Shown here: positions 9,507-19,832 of the stretch, one piece after another | How the letters are laid out: the number at the start of each line of letters is the position of its first letter | Numbering within the stretch: position 1 is the first letter of the stretch | From: a virus | Taxonomy: Duplodnaviria; Caudoviricetes | Strand: one strand, 5' to 3' | Length of the DNA: 56,372 nt | IMG/VR virus record: IMGVR_UViG_3300044641_005442 | Location: 1 to 56,372 of that record | Notes under the pieces: model-generated | What the model saw: only the letters and a program-made list of their open reading frames with translations | Database searches by the model: none | Told to the model about the DNA's origin: nothing | Made by a program: the position numbers and the translations under genes

Positions 9507-10481
9507 TTAAAGTTTCTTAGACAAACGATCTAAGGTGTGAGTGTAATTCTCGATTAGAGTGGTTGGTACACTTGCAGCCTTGCTAAATGTCATTTCCGGA
9601 ACATACTGTTCTGGAATAACAACTCTACTTCCAAGGTAGTGTTCCTTGAGAGTGGAGAGTTTAGTTTTGTATTCTTCTAGGGTGCTAAACTCAATATTTT
9701 CAATGAGTGAAGCAAGCTTTTCAATCTGAGTGTCAGCAAGATCCTTGGTTTCATTTACAAAGATACCAGCGCATTCAGAGATAAGAAGTTGTTTCTTGAG
9801 GGCAATGTTCTCATTCAGAACATGGTTGAGGTCGCCTTGAAGGTTTGAGGTCTGCTCATAGAGACCATCAATGACGTTGTACTTCTCGGCAGGAACATCA
9901 ACATAATGCATTTCGAAGAGTTTCTTGAGACCCAAGATGAAGTTCTCAGCCAAGGTAGATTTGATACCACCTTCAACGGCTAATTGGTTGTCTTGCATCC
10001 ACTCTTCGACTACGTAATCTAGATAGTCATCAATTTTTTCGGTAAGGTTGACGGTGATTTCACCAAGCTTAGTTTCAAAGTTTTCTTGAAGAGCTGGTGC
10101 AATCTCGTTAGCAATAGCCTTTAATTTTTGGTCAACTGCTGACTCAAAAATTGTCTTGGCTTGGATGAAGAAGTTTTCAGATACATTGACTTCGGCCAAA
10201 AGTGAACGGAGGCTATTCTCAAAATCAATAGCCTCTTGCATCTCTTCTTCGTCTTCTTCGTCTGTTGCGTATTGATCATTATCAACAGCTGCCTTTGAAT
10301 TCAAGGTAGCCTGATTCATCTGTGCAATCCCCATTGGGGCAACAGGTTGTGCGATAAAACTAGTAGCACCATTGGAGGCATAGCCACCTTTACCATTTGC
10401 ATCATAGGTAAAGTCTTGTTGTGCGCCTACGTTTTCCTTGATAATGCTCATTAAATAGTCGTTATTTGATTGTTTGCTCAT
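9507..10481 (-). CDS. gp22: Prohead core scaffold protein gp22
   Basis: A.TIFESAV, D.YLDYVVEEWM..N.LAVE.GI, F..HY.DVP; upstream of gp23. Confidence 0.92.
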   Translation of the reverse strand: MSKQSNNDYLMSIIKENVGAQQDFTYDANGKGGYASNGATSFIAQPVAPMGIAQMNQATLNSKAAVDNDQYATDEEDEEEMQEAIDFENSLRSLLAEVNVSENFFIQAKTIFESAVDQKLKAIANEIAPALQENFETKLGEITVNLTEKIDDYLDYVVEEWMQDNQLAVEGGIKSTLAENFILGLKKLFEMHYVDVPAEKYNVIDGLYEQTSNLQGDLNHVLNENIALKKQLLISECAGIFVNETKDLADTQIEKLASLIENIEFSTLEEYKTKLSTLKEHYLGSRVVIPEQYVPEMTFSKAASVPTTLIENYTHTLDRLSKKL

Positions 10482-10546
10482 GTTGATCCTTTATACCTTA
10501 TTATTTAGTTAATTGTGTGAGTTCAGTATTTTTCAATACTTTATGA

Positions 10547-11053
10547 TTATTTCTTTGTTGGTTTAAAATAGTCGGCAATAGTTTGTGCTATTGAAGCTTT
10601 TGGGGCCAGAGGAATAGTTGCTTGACCAAGATTTTTATAAAAATTACTAACGTTTGACATACTTCTAACACCCTCTTGTTGAGCGTTTCTATTAGCTACT
10701 GCTAAATCAACCAGACCCATAGCACGATCCGCAGCAAGTTCAAGAGTATTTGCTGCAATTCTTGCTGACCCTGCACCAGGAAGTCCTTTACCCATATTTA
10801 ATGTTGCATCTATAGTCAATTGTCCAGCTTCTGCTGCTTCTTGTCCTACTTTATTATTCTTTCCCATTACATTCGGGTCTACACCTGGATAAATTCTCTT
10901 CTTTCCTTTTGATGTAGCCGAACCAGACTTTGGGGTAACTGGCTTCTTTTTGAATAATTCTGAGACTGATGATGGACCAGCAGGTGTGGACGAACCACCA
11001 AAGCCAGATGCTTCAGAAATATAAGATAAAAGTTTTAAAGTTGAATATCTCAT
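10547..11053 (-). CDS. Hypothetical protein inserted between gp21 and gp22 (possible internal head protein)
   Basis: Intact 168-aa ORF overlapping the gp21 stop; N-terminal LLSYISE-A resembles a prohead protease site. Confidence 0.55.
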   Translation of the reverse strand: MRYSTLKLLSYISEASGFGGSSTPAGPSSVSELFKKKPVTPKSGSATSKGKKRIYPGVDPNVMGKNNKVGQEAAEAGQLTIDATLNMGKGLPGAGSARIAANTLELAADRAMGLVDLAVANRNAQQEGVRSMSNVSNFYKNLGQATIPLAPKASIAQTIADYFKPTKK

Positions 11054-11694
11054 ATACTTTTTAAGAATTTCTTAAATACGTTAATCATATTCTTTTCAAG
11101 ATTTCGGCTTGAACTTTTCTTGATTGTCTGATGATAGGACTCAATAACTTGTGGTTGAAGAATACCGTTTTCCCAAACCCATTCTTTACCTTCCATGATT
11201 CCGTTTACAAAAGCATTTGGGGCAGAAGGATCAGCAACGATATCAATGGCTGCTAACATGAAATCTTCTTGAACTTCTTGATATCCACCACGTGATTTGA
11301 GCGAACCCATACCACGACTAGATACACCAAGTTTAGCTCCTTCGGCAATAAGGTTTTTAACAATATCACCCATTGGAGTTTTAAGAACCTTTGCACGACC
11401 AATGATATCTCTACCAGATTCATTGAGTGATTTGACCATGTGTGATACACGATCAAGATTTACCGTTGGACCAGTTGGATGGTTTAATTCACCCAATGCA
11501 CGACCTTTATCGACATATTCACGAATATATCGACGGCACTCTTTGATTAAAGTTGGGGTAGGATATACTCGACCATTGCGGTTCTGTACTTCACTTTGAA
11601 GAAATACTCCTTCAATGTAATAATCCTTACCACCGTCTTTATTGCTTTCCTCAATGTATTTTACATCTTCTACTAATTCGGTGATAAGTTTCAT
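11050..11694 (-). CDS. gp21: Prohead protease gp21
   Basis: MKLITE, IEGVFLQ, NRNGRVYP, ALGELNHP, GVSSRGMGS, DIVADPSAP.AFV. Confidence 0.97.
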   Translation of the reverse strand: MKLITELVEDVKYIEESNKDGGKDYYIEGVFLQSEVQNRNGRVYPTPTLIKECRRYIREYVDKGRALGELNHPTGPTVNLDRVSHMVKSLNESGRDIIGRAKVLKTPMGDIVKNLIAEGAKLGVSSRGMGSLKSRGGYQEVQEDFMLAAIDIVADPSAPNAFVNGIMEGKEWVWENGILQPQVIESYHQTIKKSSSRNLEKNMINVFKKFLKSI

Positions 11695-11696
11695 GT

Positions 11697-11987
11697 TTAG
11701 TACGCTCCGTAACTACGAGCTTGGTTGTCACTCGGGAAATCTGTTGGCATTTCTTCGCCTTCTTCGGTTTCCTCTTCTTCGGTATCTTCTTCTGTTTCTT
11801 CATCGCCCTCTAGTTCTTCTTCAGTCTCATCTGCTTCAGAAAGGGTAAACATGGTCTTAGAAACATCTTGATACTCTTCTTCAAGACGAACAGATAATTT
11901 TTCAAGTAAAACTTGATTAACTATTTGACGAAAATCTACTGCGTTTTCGTTAACGATTGATTCGATCAGGGCTAGTTTGTCGGTCAT
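11697..11987 (-). CDS. Small acidic prohead core protein (gp67/gp68 position)
   Basis: Glu-rich 96-aa ORF between portal and protease. Confidence 0.55.
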   Translation of the reverse strand: MTDKLALIESIVNENAVDFRQIVNQVLLEKLSVRLEEEYQDVSKTMFTLSEADETEEELEGDEETEEDTEEEETEEGEEMPTDFPSDNQARSYGAY

Positions 11988-12409
11988 TTTGTGAGTCCTT
12001 TTACTTTTTTAGCAAATTCCAAAGTTTGTTTAAAGTGCTGCTGATTCTCAAATAAATTTTTTGCCATAAGTTTTTGATTGTCTTGGCTGAGTTGGTCAAA
12101 AAGCATTTTAATTGGTTTAATATCATTTTCAGAAATATTTAGAATAGATGCATTTTTAAATTGCATTTTTATATTTTTTTGTGCTTCTGCGTGGGTAATA
12201 GTTTCTATCAATTGTTTAACATCATCATTGACATCCACAGTCTTATCCACTGGTTCTTTTACAATAGATTCAAAAATTTTGATAGATAAATTCTTACAAA
12301 TTTCTTGTTTTCTGGTTTCTAATTCTTGCATGAGACCTTCAGCAAACAGGTCTTCATTTCCCTCTGAAAGTTCTCCAATAAGTTTTTGAATTCTTAGTGG
12401 GCTCATCAT
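11984..12409 (-). CDS. Putative prohead core protein (gp67/gp68 position)
   Basis: Synteny immediately after portal; translationally coupled overlaps on both sides. Confidence 0.5.
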   Translation of the reverse strand: MMSPLRIQKLIGELSEGNEDLFAEGLMQELETRKQEICKNLSIKIFESIVKEPVDKTVDVNDDVKQLIETITHAEAQKNIKMQFKNASILNISENDIKPIKMLFDQLSQDNQKLMAKNLFENQQHFKQTLEFAKKVKGLTK

Positions 12410-13971
12410 GTGGCGGCTGCTTCCTCTGGTGGGACTCCTGCTGCTTGTTGTTGTGCAGCAAGAACAGCTTGTTCAGCCTGTAGTTTCATGTTATCTTCTT
12501 GAATTTCCATATCCATAAGCTTAATCTGTTCATCTGTGAGACGTAAAACATGTTTCTTGATATAGCTACTTGAGATATATTTCCCAACATAACCTTCAGC
12601 TATAGAAACCATTTTTAATCGTTCAGATAGAATTTCAGCTTCTTTAAGATCCCAGAAATAATTGTCAGTATTAAATTCAAATTGGAAATAATACTTTACT
12701 GCATTCCAATCTTCTTCTGTCAATGTTCCAGTCAGTAATAGCTCAACACGTAATGTGTGTAAAAAGATTTGACTAAACTGATGTCTGAGACGCTCAATGA
12801 ACTTATAGAATTTAAGTTCTTCTCTTGAAATCTCTGAGGACCGACCCATATTAAATCCGGTACTAGCCTCAAGTCTACTGGTTGGGACATTTAGTGCCGC
12901 GAACAGCTTCTTTTTGAAGTAGTCGACGTCTTCGATTTGCGACATGGCTTGTCCGCCTGGCAACACTTGAATTTCTGTTCCTTTGGAGCCTTCTCTACGG
13001 GGAATCCAATAATCTTCAAGAACTGATAGATAATTTTTATCATCTTTAATTTCTCCTGTACCTTGGTTGTATATAATTTTATTTCTAAACCGTGACATCA
13101 TATCACGCAAATATTGTTCAGCTTTTTGTTTAGGTAACTGACCAACATCGACGTAAAATGCTCTACGCTCAGGTGCACGAGCAACACGATATACCATCAA
13201 GGCATCTTCAAGTTGTCGAAGCATGTTCACTGGACGAATTGCTTTGTGTAAATATCCAATCACACGTTTAGTGTTTAAATCAACCATTCCAGAGTGAACA
13301 TATGAAATGGCATCTTTGGAAATTCTAATTCCTTGATGTGGAGTTGTGATATAAGAATCTTTATCTGTATTTGCATAGAGATAAAACTCTTCAATATTTT
13401 TAATTAAAGAAACAGTACCAGCAGCCACACTTGCTGCTTCTTTTTCTATGTTTTTAATTTTCTTAGTTTTTAACGGATCCAAAGGAATCAATTCTTTGAT
13501 ACCTTCTTTTGGATTCTTTTCGTCAATAATAATATAATAAAATAATTTACCATCAACATACCAACGTCTAAAAACTTCATATGCCTTAGCATTGAAATCT
13601 AACATCTTTAGAATGCGATCAAAACTATTATGAATTTTACGTTTTACTTGATCCGATAATGGAACAGTGGTAAGATCTAGTTTAATTGGTTTGCGGTCTG
13701 TACCCCACACAATAGATGCATTCACAATTTCATCAACAGCTGCATCTACCTCTGGGTAGAGAGACATGTTTCTGTATTGAACTATATTTGCGTTTTCATC
13801 TTTAAGTGTAGTAGAATAGTCAATGTATGTACCATATACACCACCGGCTTCTACTGCTACAGTACCGTCAAATTCTTCTGTAGCAACTAATCGCTTCGGT
13901 CCCGTCATTACATCTGGGAACTCTTCCGGGCGTTTCTTTCCAAATTCAAATCCAAAAAATTCTATAGCCAT
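12406..13971 (-). CDS. gp20: Portal vertex protein gp20
   Basis: FRRWYVDG, YLHKAI.P.N.LR.LEDA..YR..RAPERR.FY.DVG.LPK.KAEQY, EDYW.PRREG..GTEI. Confidence 0.98.
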   Translation of the reverse strand: MAIEFFGFEFGKKRPEEFPDVMTGPKRLVATEEFDGTVAVEAGGVYGTYIDYSTTLKDENANIVQYRNMSLYPEVDAAVDEIVNASIVWGTDRKPIKLDLTTVPLSDQVKRKIHNSFDRILKMLDFNAKAYEVFRRWYVDGKLFYYIIIDEKNPKEGIKELIPLDPLKTKKIKNIEKEAASVAAGTVSLIKNIEEFYLYANTDKDSYITTPHQGIRISKDAISYVHSGMVDLNTKRVIGYLHKAIRPVNMLRQLEDALMVYRVARAPERRAFYVDVGQLPKQKAEQYLRDMMSRFRNKIIYNQGTGEIKDDKNYLSVLEDYWIPRREGSKGTEIQVLPGGQAMSQIEDVDYFKKKLFAALNVPTSRLEASTGFNMGRSSEISREELKFYKFIERLRHQFSQIFLHTLRVELLLTGTLTEEDWNAVKYYFQFEFNTDNYFWDLKEAEILSERLKMVSIAEGYVGKYISSSYIKKHVLRLTDEQIKLMDMEIQEDNMKLQAEQAVLAAQQQAAGVPPEEAAAT

Positions 13972-14023
13972 GTTGATCTTTCACAATATTTAGGTACAAT
14001 TAAATCAAGTTTTATTTTATACA

Positions 14024-14614
14024 TTAACCCGTAGTTGGTGTAGTGTCAGTAACACCACCAATTTCAATTTCATCGTATAACATGACAACTGAAAAAGTAT
14101 TCAAAAAATTTCTATTTGTCATATTATGATCAATAGCACTAACGGTTTTTGGCCAACAACCATGCATGGTAAACGTTTTTATAATACTACCATTTAAATC
14201 TAAATGATTAATTTGCCAGGTTTGTTTATAATTAGTATACGATGGACCGTTTGTAGTAGTACTATTATTTACATGGTCATTAATTGTATTATGCCAATTT
14301 GAAAATTCTTTCCATAAATTGGTAATTGTACTACCTGAACCAGAAGCAACGGGACCATCTATATCATCATATACAGATATTTGCCAAGGAGCATATTGTC
14401 TATCACCAGGAATATGTAATTTTCTACCATAACCATGTAATTCTAATGTGATGTTTGTGATAGGTGGGATAAAAGTAGACCTTATGTGGAATGGTCTATC
14501 AATAGTTGTGGTGATATTAGCACCAACAGTTGATTTACCAATACCTCCGCTAATCAAAAATCGATTTGCGCGAGTACCTCCAGCAAATGCAGTTTTAAAT
14601 GATGATATATTCAT
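14024..14614 (-). CDS. gp19: Tail tube protein gp19 (copy 2)
   Basis: GGTRANRF, GR....PGDR.Y.PW..SV.DD, GCWP. Confidence 0.85.
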   Translation of the reverse strand: MNISSFKTAFAGGTRANRFLISGGIGKSTVGANITTTIDRPFHIRSTFIPPITNITLELHGYGRKLHIPGDRQYAPWQISVYDDIDGPVASGSGSTITNLWKEFSNWHNTINDHVNNSTTTNGPSYTNYKQTWQINHLDLNGSIIKTFTMHGCWPKTVSAIDHNMTNRNFLNTFSVVMLYDEIEIGGVTDTTPTTG

Positions 14615-15201
14615 GGTGTTGTTGTGGTTGTAAGCCCTTTAGTAATTTCATAATAATCATAGGTAAACGTTACACTAAATGAAACTAAACTACCACCTTC
14701 ACCCATATCTAAACCAATTTGACCTACTTCAGATGGCCATGCATGTTTTAAAATTATTGTTCTCATTGTAGTGTGTCCTGTAAACGTATCAGTACCACCA
14801 CTACTAGGATCATTTAATTGATTAAAAGTAACATCACATAAATTTGAACTACCCCCAATTCCATAAGTTGTATCAGCAACAGTATTATTTACATGTGAAC
14901 TTAATAAATTAGCCCATTGATGGAATGCTAACCAAGATGCATTGGTTCCCGTATCATCAATAATAGTAACAGTCCATGGTTTATAGTCTCGGTCACCAGC
15001 ATAATGTGCTACACGCCCACGGTATGGTATCGAAATACTACCTAATTCTGCTTCTGGTAATTTTGATGCAGTTGCATGATAAATTGAAGTAGCCGGTTCA
15101 GCAACGACGCCGGTAGGCCAAACAATTTCAACATTAAATCTATTGGCTCGTGTTCCGCCTAAAAATCCACTTTTAAAATCTGAAATTTTTTGATTAGCCA
15201 T
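14611..15201 (-). CDS. gp19: Tail tube protein gp19 (copy 1)
   Basis: GGTRANRF.V, LP...LG.I..PYRGR....AGDR.Y.PWTVT..DD, AWP..VG.I.L, F.VTF.YDY. Confidence 0.92.
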   Translation of the reverse strand: MANQKISDFKSGFLGGTRANRFNVEIVWPTGVVAEPATSIYHATASKLPEAELGSISIPYRGRVAHYAGDRDYKPWTVTIIDDTGTNASWLAFHQWANLLSSHVNNTVADTTYGIGGSSNLCDVTFNQLNDPSSGGTDTFTGHTTMRTIILKHAWPSEVGQIGLDMGEGGSLVSFSVTFTYDYYEITKGLTTTTTP

Positions 15202-15217
15202 TTAAAAACCTTTAGAA

Positions 15218-17077
15218 TTAAGCGGAAGCACTAACTGTCAGCGTATAACCAAGAAGGCTTGAACTACCCAGTGGTGTTGTACCAAATGATGCTTGTATTG
15301 GATAGAATGTAATTGTTACAGTTATTAAAGTATTATCATTGGCAACTGGATTTACTACTACATCTGTTGCTGCAATCAATGAATTATTTAATCCAGTATT
15401 ATTTGTAATTGCACTTTTAATATCAGTAACTATTGATGCGCGCGTAATGTCATCATTAACCCTGTTTGGGGGTGCTACATAACCATCTAAAATGTCTTGT
15501 GCAAGTTTCGTGATTACGCGTTTCATTGACGTAACACCAATTCTATCTTCTATTCCATTTTGTGCTGATGTTGCCCCAACTAAATCTGTAGATAAAATGT
15601 ATCCATTAGTTCCTTGGACATAGTAATTAACACGTCTTTCTCGTAATGTATTAGCAATATCACTGGAACTAATAATTGTTGGTGTTATTGTATCAACATT
15701 TAAAACCTTAGAATTTACGCTACCAACAGAAGATTGGTAAATACTATTATTTGCTTTGGCTCTTTGTATTGAACCAGCTACATCTGCAACTAGAGGAATT
15801 TCTAATACAAGAGTTTTTGTTGCAGGATGTCCAAAGTTGTTACTGATAATTGTGCGTTTTTTCTTTCCAATTACACACATTAATCTATTAAGATATGGCT
15901 CTTCGATTAATGTATATGCAGTTAATCCAGCAGTATTAAAAACATTCTGGTATAACGATGGTAGACCGTCCAAACCAGGATAACGATAGACATCACTGAA
16001 AGTACCATTCAATGAGTTTTGTGCGATTGATATATCGGCACCAGACAACCCAGCATGAATAATATAAGCTGATTTTGTTGCTGTTCCTGAATTATCATCT
16101 AATGCACTGTTTACTAAATTATTTCGTTTAGTGATTTCTGTATAAATACTATTCAACCATTGTGCAGTAAGACCATGACAGAAATTAAATGTATTACCTA
16201 GCGCATAAGCATTTTCACTTCCACCATATACTAAACGTGAATTAGACGATGCGGATGTAATGCCTTGTCCGTCAATGTAAGTACTCATATCTAAAGTAAT
16301 AAATGCATCGAGAGGAGTAATACCATTAGATAGTGAAGTAGGTTGAGAAAATGATGATAAGGGATTATAATTACCCCCAATAATTACTTTTGCACCATAT
16401 GCAAGAGCTGTGAGTGCGGTATAAAACTCGATACCAGTTCTACTTAATTGATACTCTCTATTAATTGTATCAAGATTAGTAAAAGCTCCAGTGATTCCTT
16501 TTCCAATATAATCATATAACGATCCTGGTGTTGGTACAGCTTTTTGTGGTAATTCTGCTGTTAGTGTATTTCCGGTATACGATCCAGGAAAAAGTATATT
16601 ATTTACAAAATTAAATGCGTTTACCGTAGATAACGTTGCTAAAGGAGCCTCTAGTTCACCAAAACTATCAACAGCTGCCCAGGAAGATCCAGGCATAAAT
16701 TGACGTATAATATTATTAATATTATTATGAATATTATTTAAATGTCCTACAAATGCAGTTGGAGTATCAAATACAAATGCATCTGTACCTGTATCTTTTC
16801 CAGTTGAGTTCGATGCTGATATAAATTGTAATTTAACTTCAGGTACATTAGAAGATTCTGCAACTTTTAATATTCCATATAAACCAGAAGCAGTTAAACC
16901 TTTGTTTGCTGCTAATCCTCCTTGTGTAATAGCAAAATTTCCTGCAGAAAATGCTATTACAGCACGTTGAGTAATATTTGGTGGTGGCGTTTCATTTTCC
17001 CATTTTCCATTCCCTTTATCTAAAAAATCTGAAAAGGGGCTAACGGGTGTACCAACTGATGCTGCTTTGAATGCCAT
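15218..17077 (-). CDS. gp18: Tail sheath protein gp18 (strongly diverged)
   Basis: Position between gp17 and gp19; C-terminal IP..ADVAG, RVN, DRI.V, ND..TR match the sheath C-terminal domain; N-terminal half not recognisable. Confidence 0.72.
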   Translation of the reverse strand: MAFKAASVGTPVSPFSDFLDKGNGKWENETPPPNITQRAVIAFSAGNFAITQGGLAANKGLTASGLYGILKVAESSNVPEVKLQFISASNSTGKDTGTDAFVFDTPTAFVGHLNNIHNNINNIIRQFMPGSSWAAVDSFGELEAPLATLSTVNAFNFVNNILFPGSYTGNTLTAELPQKAVPTPGSLYDYIGKGITGAFTNLDTINREYQLSRTGIEFYTALTALAYGAKVIIGGNYNPLSSFSQPTSLSNGITPLDAFITLDMSTYIDGQGITSASSNSRLVYGGSENAYALGNTFNFCHGLTAQWLNSIYTEITKRNNLVNSALDDNSGTATKSAYIIHAGLSGADISIAQNSLNGTFSDVYRYPGLDGLPSLYQNVFNTAGLTAYTLIEEPYLNRLMCVIGKKKRTIISNNFGHPATKTLVLEIPLVADVAGSIQRAKANNSIYQSSVGSVNSKVLNVDTITPTIISSSDIANTLRERRVNYYVQGTNGYILSTDLVGATSAQNGIEDRIGVTSMKRVITKLAQDILDGYVAPPNRVNDDITRASIVTDIKSAITNNTGLNNSLIAATDVVVNPVANDNTLITVTITFYPIQASFGTTPLGSSSLLGYTLTVSASA

Positions 17078-17092
17078 ATTGATCCTCGTTAC

Positions 17093-17100
17093 TATTTATA
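17093..17100 (-). promoter_or_regulatory. T4-type late promoter TATAAATA upstream of gp18
   Basis: Exact TATAAATA 15 nt upstream of the start codon. Confidence 0.75.
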
Positions 17101-17109
17101 TACTATTTT

Positions 17110-18768
17110 TTATGTCGGAAACCAAACAAAATTTCCATCTGACCAACCATCTTTTGTAACTTCATCTGGATCGCGTTCATCAGCACTCATCATAAACAAT
17201 GTATTATCTTCTTCTGGATTTGTTTCATTTTGAGAATATTTATTCTTAGCAGTCTCAATTAAGTCAGCAAAATATTCTTGGCGGGTTAACCATGAATAAA
17301 ACACTAAACACATAACTAAATCATCACTGTGGTTATCTTCAGCCCGAAAACTGTTTGCCTTTGATACAAACGACATCAGTTCTTTCATGATTCGTTCGTC
17401 ATTTAAATAAATTTTATCCTCTTCGACTAACCGTTTAAGTACAGCACAACCAATTTTTTTGGTCTGAGTAGTTGTTCTGAGACCGAATTCAGCTCTACCA
17501 CGAGCAAATCCTTGAGACAATACTTGACCCTTCATTCCTTTATTTTGAGTCATCAACAAATTTTCATAACTTAGATCGTTGTAAAGTATTGATGCAACCT
17601 GTCCACCGACATCATTTACCTCAATAAGAACATAAGCTTCATTATATTTTTCAGCTACCACTTTAATAGTGGTTGGGAAAGAGAACGGGCTGATGGTATT
17701 ATTTTGAAAACTTGCAACAACTTTATATGGTGATTGACTTCCTTCGATGACAATAAAGGCAGAATAGTCTTGACCCTGTCCACGAGAAACGTCTGCCATG
17801 ATAAAATAAATACCGTTTGGATCCGGTTGTTCAAAGATTCTTAAACCTTCTGGCGTTTGTTCAATAGGATCATTGGGAGCTAAAATGTTTAGCTTAGATG
17901 ACGAAACAAGTGTGTTAGAAGATCCAATAAACGAACATTCAAATTCTTGGTTGAACTGTTCTGCACTGGTATTTGCAATGGTTTCTGTTTTCCATGCATC
18001 ATCTCTATTTGGACCACCCGGATACAGAGGAACTTGTCTCCAGCTAATTTCTACTGGAACAAATTTATTCTTCAGTGGATGTCCTTCTGGGCGACATGCA
18101 TTAATCCAAGTATTATGAAAATGATTCAATCCATGAGGAGTAGAAACAATTATAATTTTTGAGGTAGTACCTGCCGAAATGGTCGGATACGTAGATGCAT
18201 AAAACTCTTCTGCAATATTTTGTGGCAGATATGCAAACTCATCTAATAATAGAAAATTATAAGAACCACCACGGATAGCTGAAGCCGAAGTAGCCGCACA
18301 CATAACTGATGAACCATTTTCAAGGCTTAGTGAAGTTTTGTTCCACTCAAGCACTCCTTGTTGCAAATACTGTGGTAAATTTTCATAAGCTAACTGAAGT
18401 CTATTAAATAATTCAGTTGCAGTTTTTTGTTTGTTTGCGAGAATAGCAACTTTAACATCTGGATGAAAGTTTACATAATGGTTGATATATCCAAGTACGC
18501 AACTGGACTTACCACTCTGACGAGGAAACTTTGATACCACAAATCGATTATCGTGAATAGACTGAATAAACTTTTTTTGATAATCATATAAGACAAAGGG
18601 ACTTAAACCTTTATCGAGTGTAACAATCTTAATATGATTTTCAATAAAGTGAATTGGGTCGCGAGCACACTTGACATATTCGTCAAATTGGTCTTTAGTA
18701 TAATTGACATTTATACCAGGTGCTTTAAGATTCGGGTTTGACCGATATCCTGTTCTGGGTTGACTCAT
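17110..18768 (-). CDS. gp17: Terminase large subunit gp17
   Basis: PRQSGKS Walker A, LLLDEFA Walker B, STPHG, F.QEFEC.F, DVSRG.G.DYS, DDLVM. Confidence 0.98.
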   Translation of the reverse strand: MSQPRTGYRSNPNLKAPGINVNYTKDQFDEYVKCARDPIHFIENHIKIVTLDKGLSPFVLYDYQKKFIQSIHDNRFVVSKFPRQSGKSSCVLGYINHYVNFHPDVKVAILANKQKTATELFNRLQLAYENLPQYLQQGVLEWNKTSLSLENGSSVMCAATSASAIRGGSYNFLLLDEFAYLPQNIAEEFYASTYPTISAGTTSKIIIVSTPHGLNHFHNTWINACRPEGHPLKNKFVPVEISWRQVPLYPGGPNRDDAWKTETIANTSAEQFNQEFECSFIGSSNTLVSSSKLNILAPNDPIEQTPEGLRIFEQPDPNGIYFIMADVSRGQGQDYSAFIVIEGSQSPYKVVASFQNNTISPFSFPTTIKVVAEKYNEAYVLIEVNDVGGQVASILYNDLSYENLLMTQNKGMKGQVLSQGFARGRAEFGLRTTTQTKKIGCAVLKRLVEEDKIYLNDERIMKELMSFVSKANSFRAEDNHSDDLVMCLVFYSWLTRQEYFADLIETAKNKYSQNETNPEEDNTLFMMSADERDPDEVTKDGWSDGNFVWFPT

Positions 18769-19174
18769 TTATTTCTGCCTCCACATACTCTTTTTCTTTT
18801 TTTAATAAGGCTTGGAGATCTTTGGTTGTACCAACAAATATTGAATTATTTGTATTATTTTTTACAGTAACTTTATTTGTTTCTGCAAATTTTGTAGATA
18901 CGTCCATTAGATTTACGTTGATATCGGCTATTGTTTTAATCATCGTCGCAAGAACTTCATAGGCTCTTGGGTTATCAGATTCAATAGCAACTTTCATTAT
19001 TCCTTCTAAACTAACTGCCCCACTAGAAATAAGATTTCTTAGATTCTGTCTGGCAAAATCGTAATCTTCACTTGCTGGTCCAGTAGCACCAGGTTTTACA
19101 ATTTCTTGTTTGGTAGTTTCGTTTGTGGAATCTATATGAAAAAACTGTTCTAAATTTTTATTTACATCTTTCAT
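18725..19174 (-). CDS. gp16: Terminase small subunit gp16
   Basis: DY..AR.NL, PRAYEV...MIK, NNSIFVGTT.DLQ.LL. Confidence 0.92.
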   Translation of the reverse strand: MKDVNKNLEQFFHIDSTNETTKQEIVKPGATGPASEDYDFARQNLRNLISSGAVSLEGIMKVAIESDNPRAYEVLATMIKTIADINVNLMDVSTKFAETNKVTVKNNTNNSIFVGTTKDLQALLKKEKEYVEAEINESTQNRISVKPES

Positions 19175-19175
19175 T

Positions 19176-19832
19176 TTATTCTAACATAGCTTGCACATCA
19201 AGATCATAATCTTCAAGAAGCTGAATAGCCTGGTTACCATTGGCTGGACCAAACATATAACCTTTAGCGATTAATCCAATACTAGACATATTTAGGCGTC
19301 GACTACCGAAGTCTCCATCGTAGCGTTCATTTAAATTAATACCATTCATGATAACCAGTGGAACTGTTGTATCATCTCTATTTGCACCATAGTTAATTTT
19401 TAAATTAAATTCTGGATTAAAATATGGAATAATTTGTTCTGAAATTTGTAAAGTATCTGTAATATGTCTTGTGTACATAAACAAATTGAATGTTATATTA
19501 ATCGGAACTTCAACAAACATTTGTTTGCCTTGATTTCCAACAACATCATATACATCAGTATTTACTTTGTTACGTCTACGGCTTGGGTCAATGGCAATCT
19601 GATTAACTGCAAAACTCATCTGTGGTAAACGTATTCCCAATTTGGTATCATCGGTGATCGATGATTCTTCCAATAACCGACGAATGAACTTTTCTTTGGG
19701 TGCATAAGTCAATGGAACACGAATATTTTTGTCAACTCCACTTTCTGGATGGGCGACATAGATATTATTGAATAGAGTACCGAAAGCAATAACGACTTTT
19801 CGGAGATATGCGCCGTAGTAATATTGAAACAT
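19176..19832 (-). CDS. gp15: Tail sheath stabilizer / completion protein gp15
   Basis: RK.V.AFGTLFNNI, VPL.YAPKEKF, LP.MSF, QI.EQI.PYF.P. Confidence 0.93.
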   Translation of the reverse strand: MFQYYYGAYLRKVVIAFGTLFNNIYVAHPESGVDKNIRVPLTYAPKEKFIRRLLEESSITDDTKLGIRLPQMSFAVNQIAIDPSRRRNKVNTDVYDVVGNQGKQMFVEVPINITFNLFMYTRHITDTLQISEQIIPYFNPEFNLKINYGANRDDTTVPLVIMNGINLNERYDGDFGSRRLNMSSIGLIAKGYMFGPANGNQAIQLLEDYDLDVQAMLE

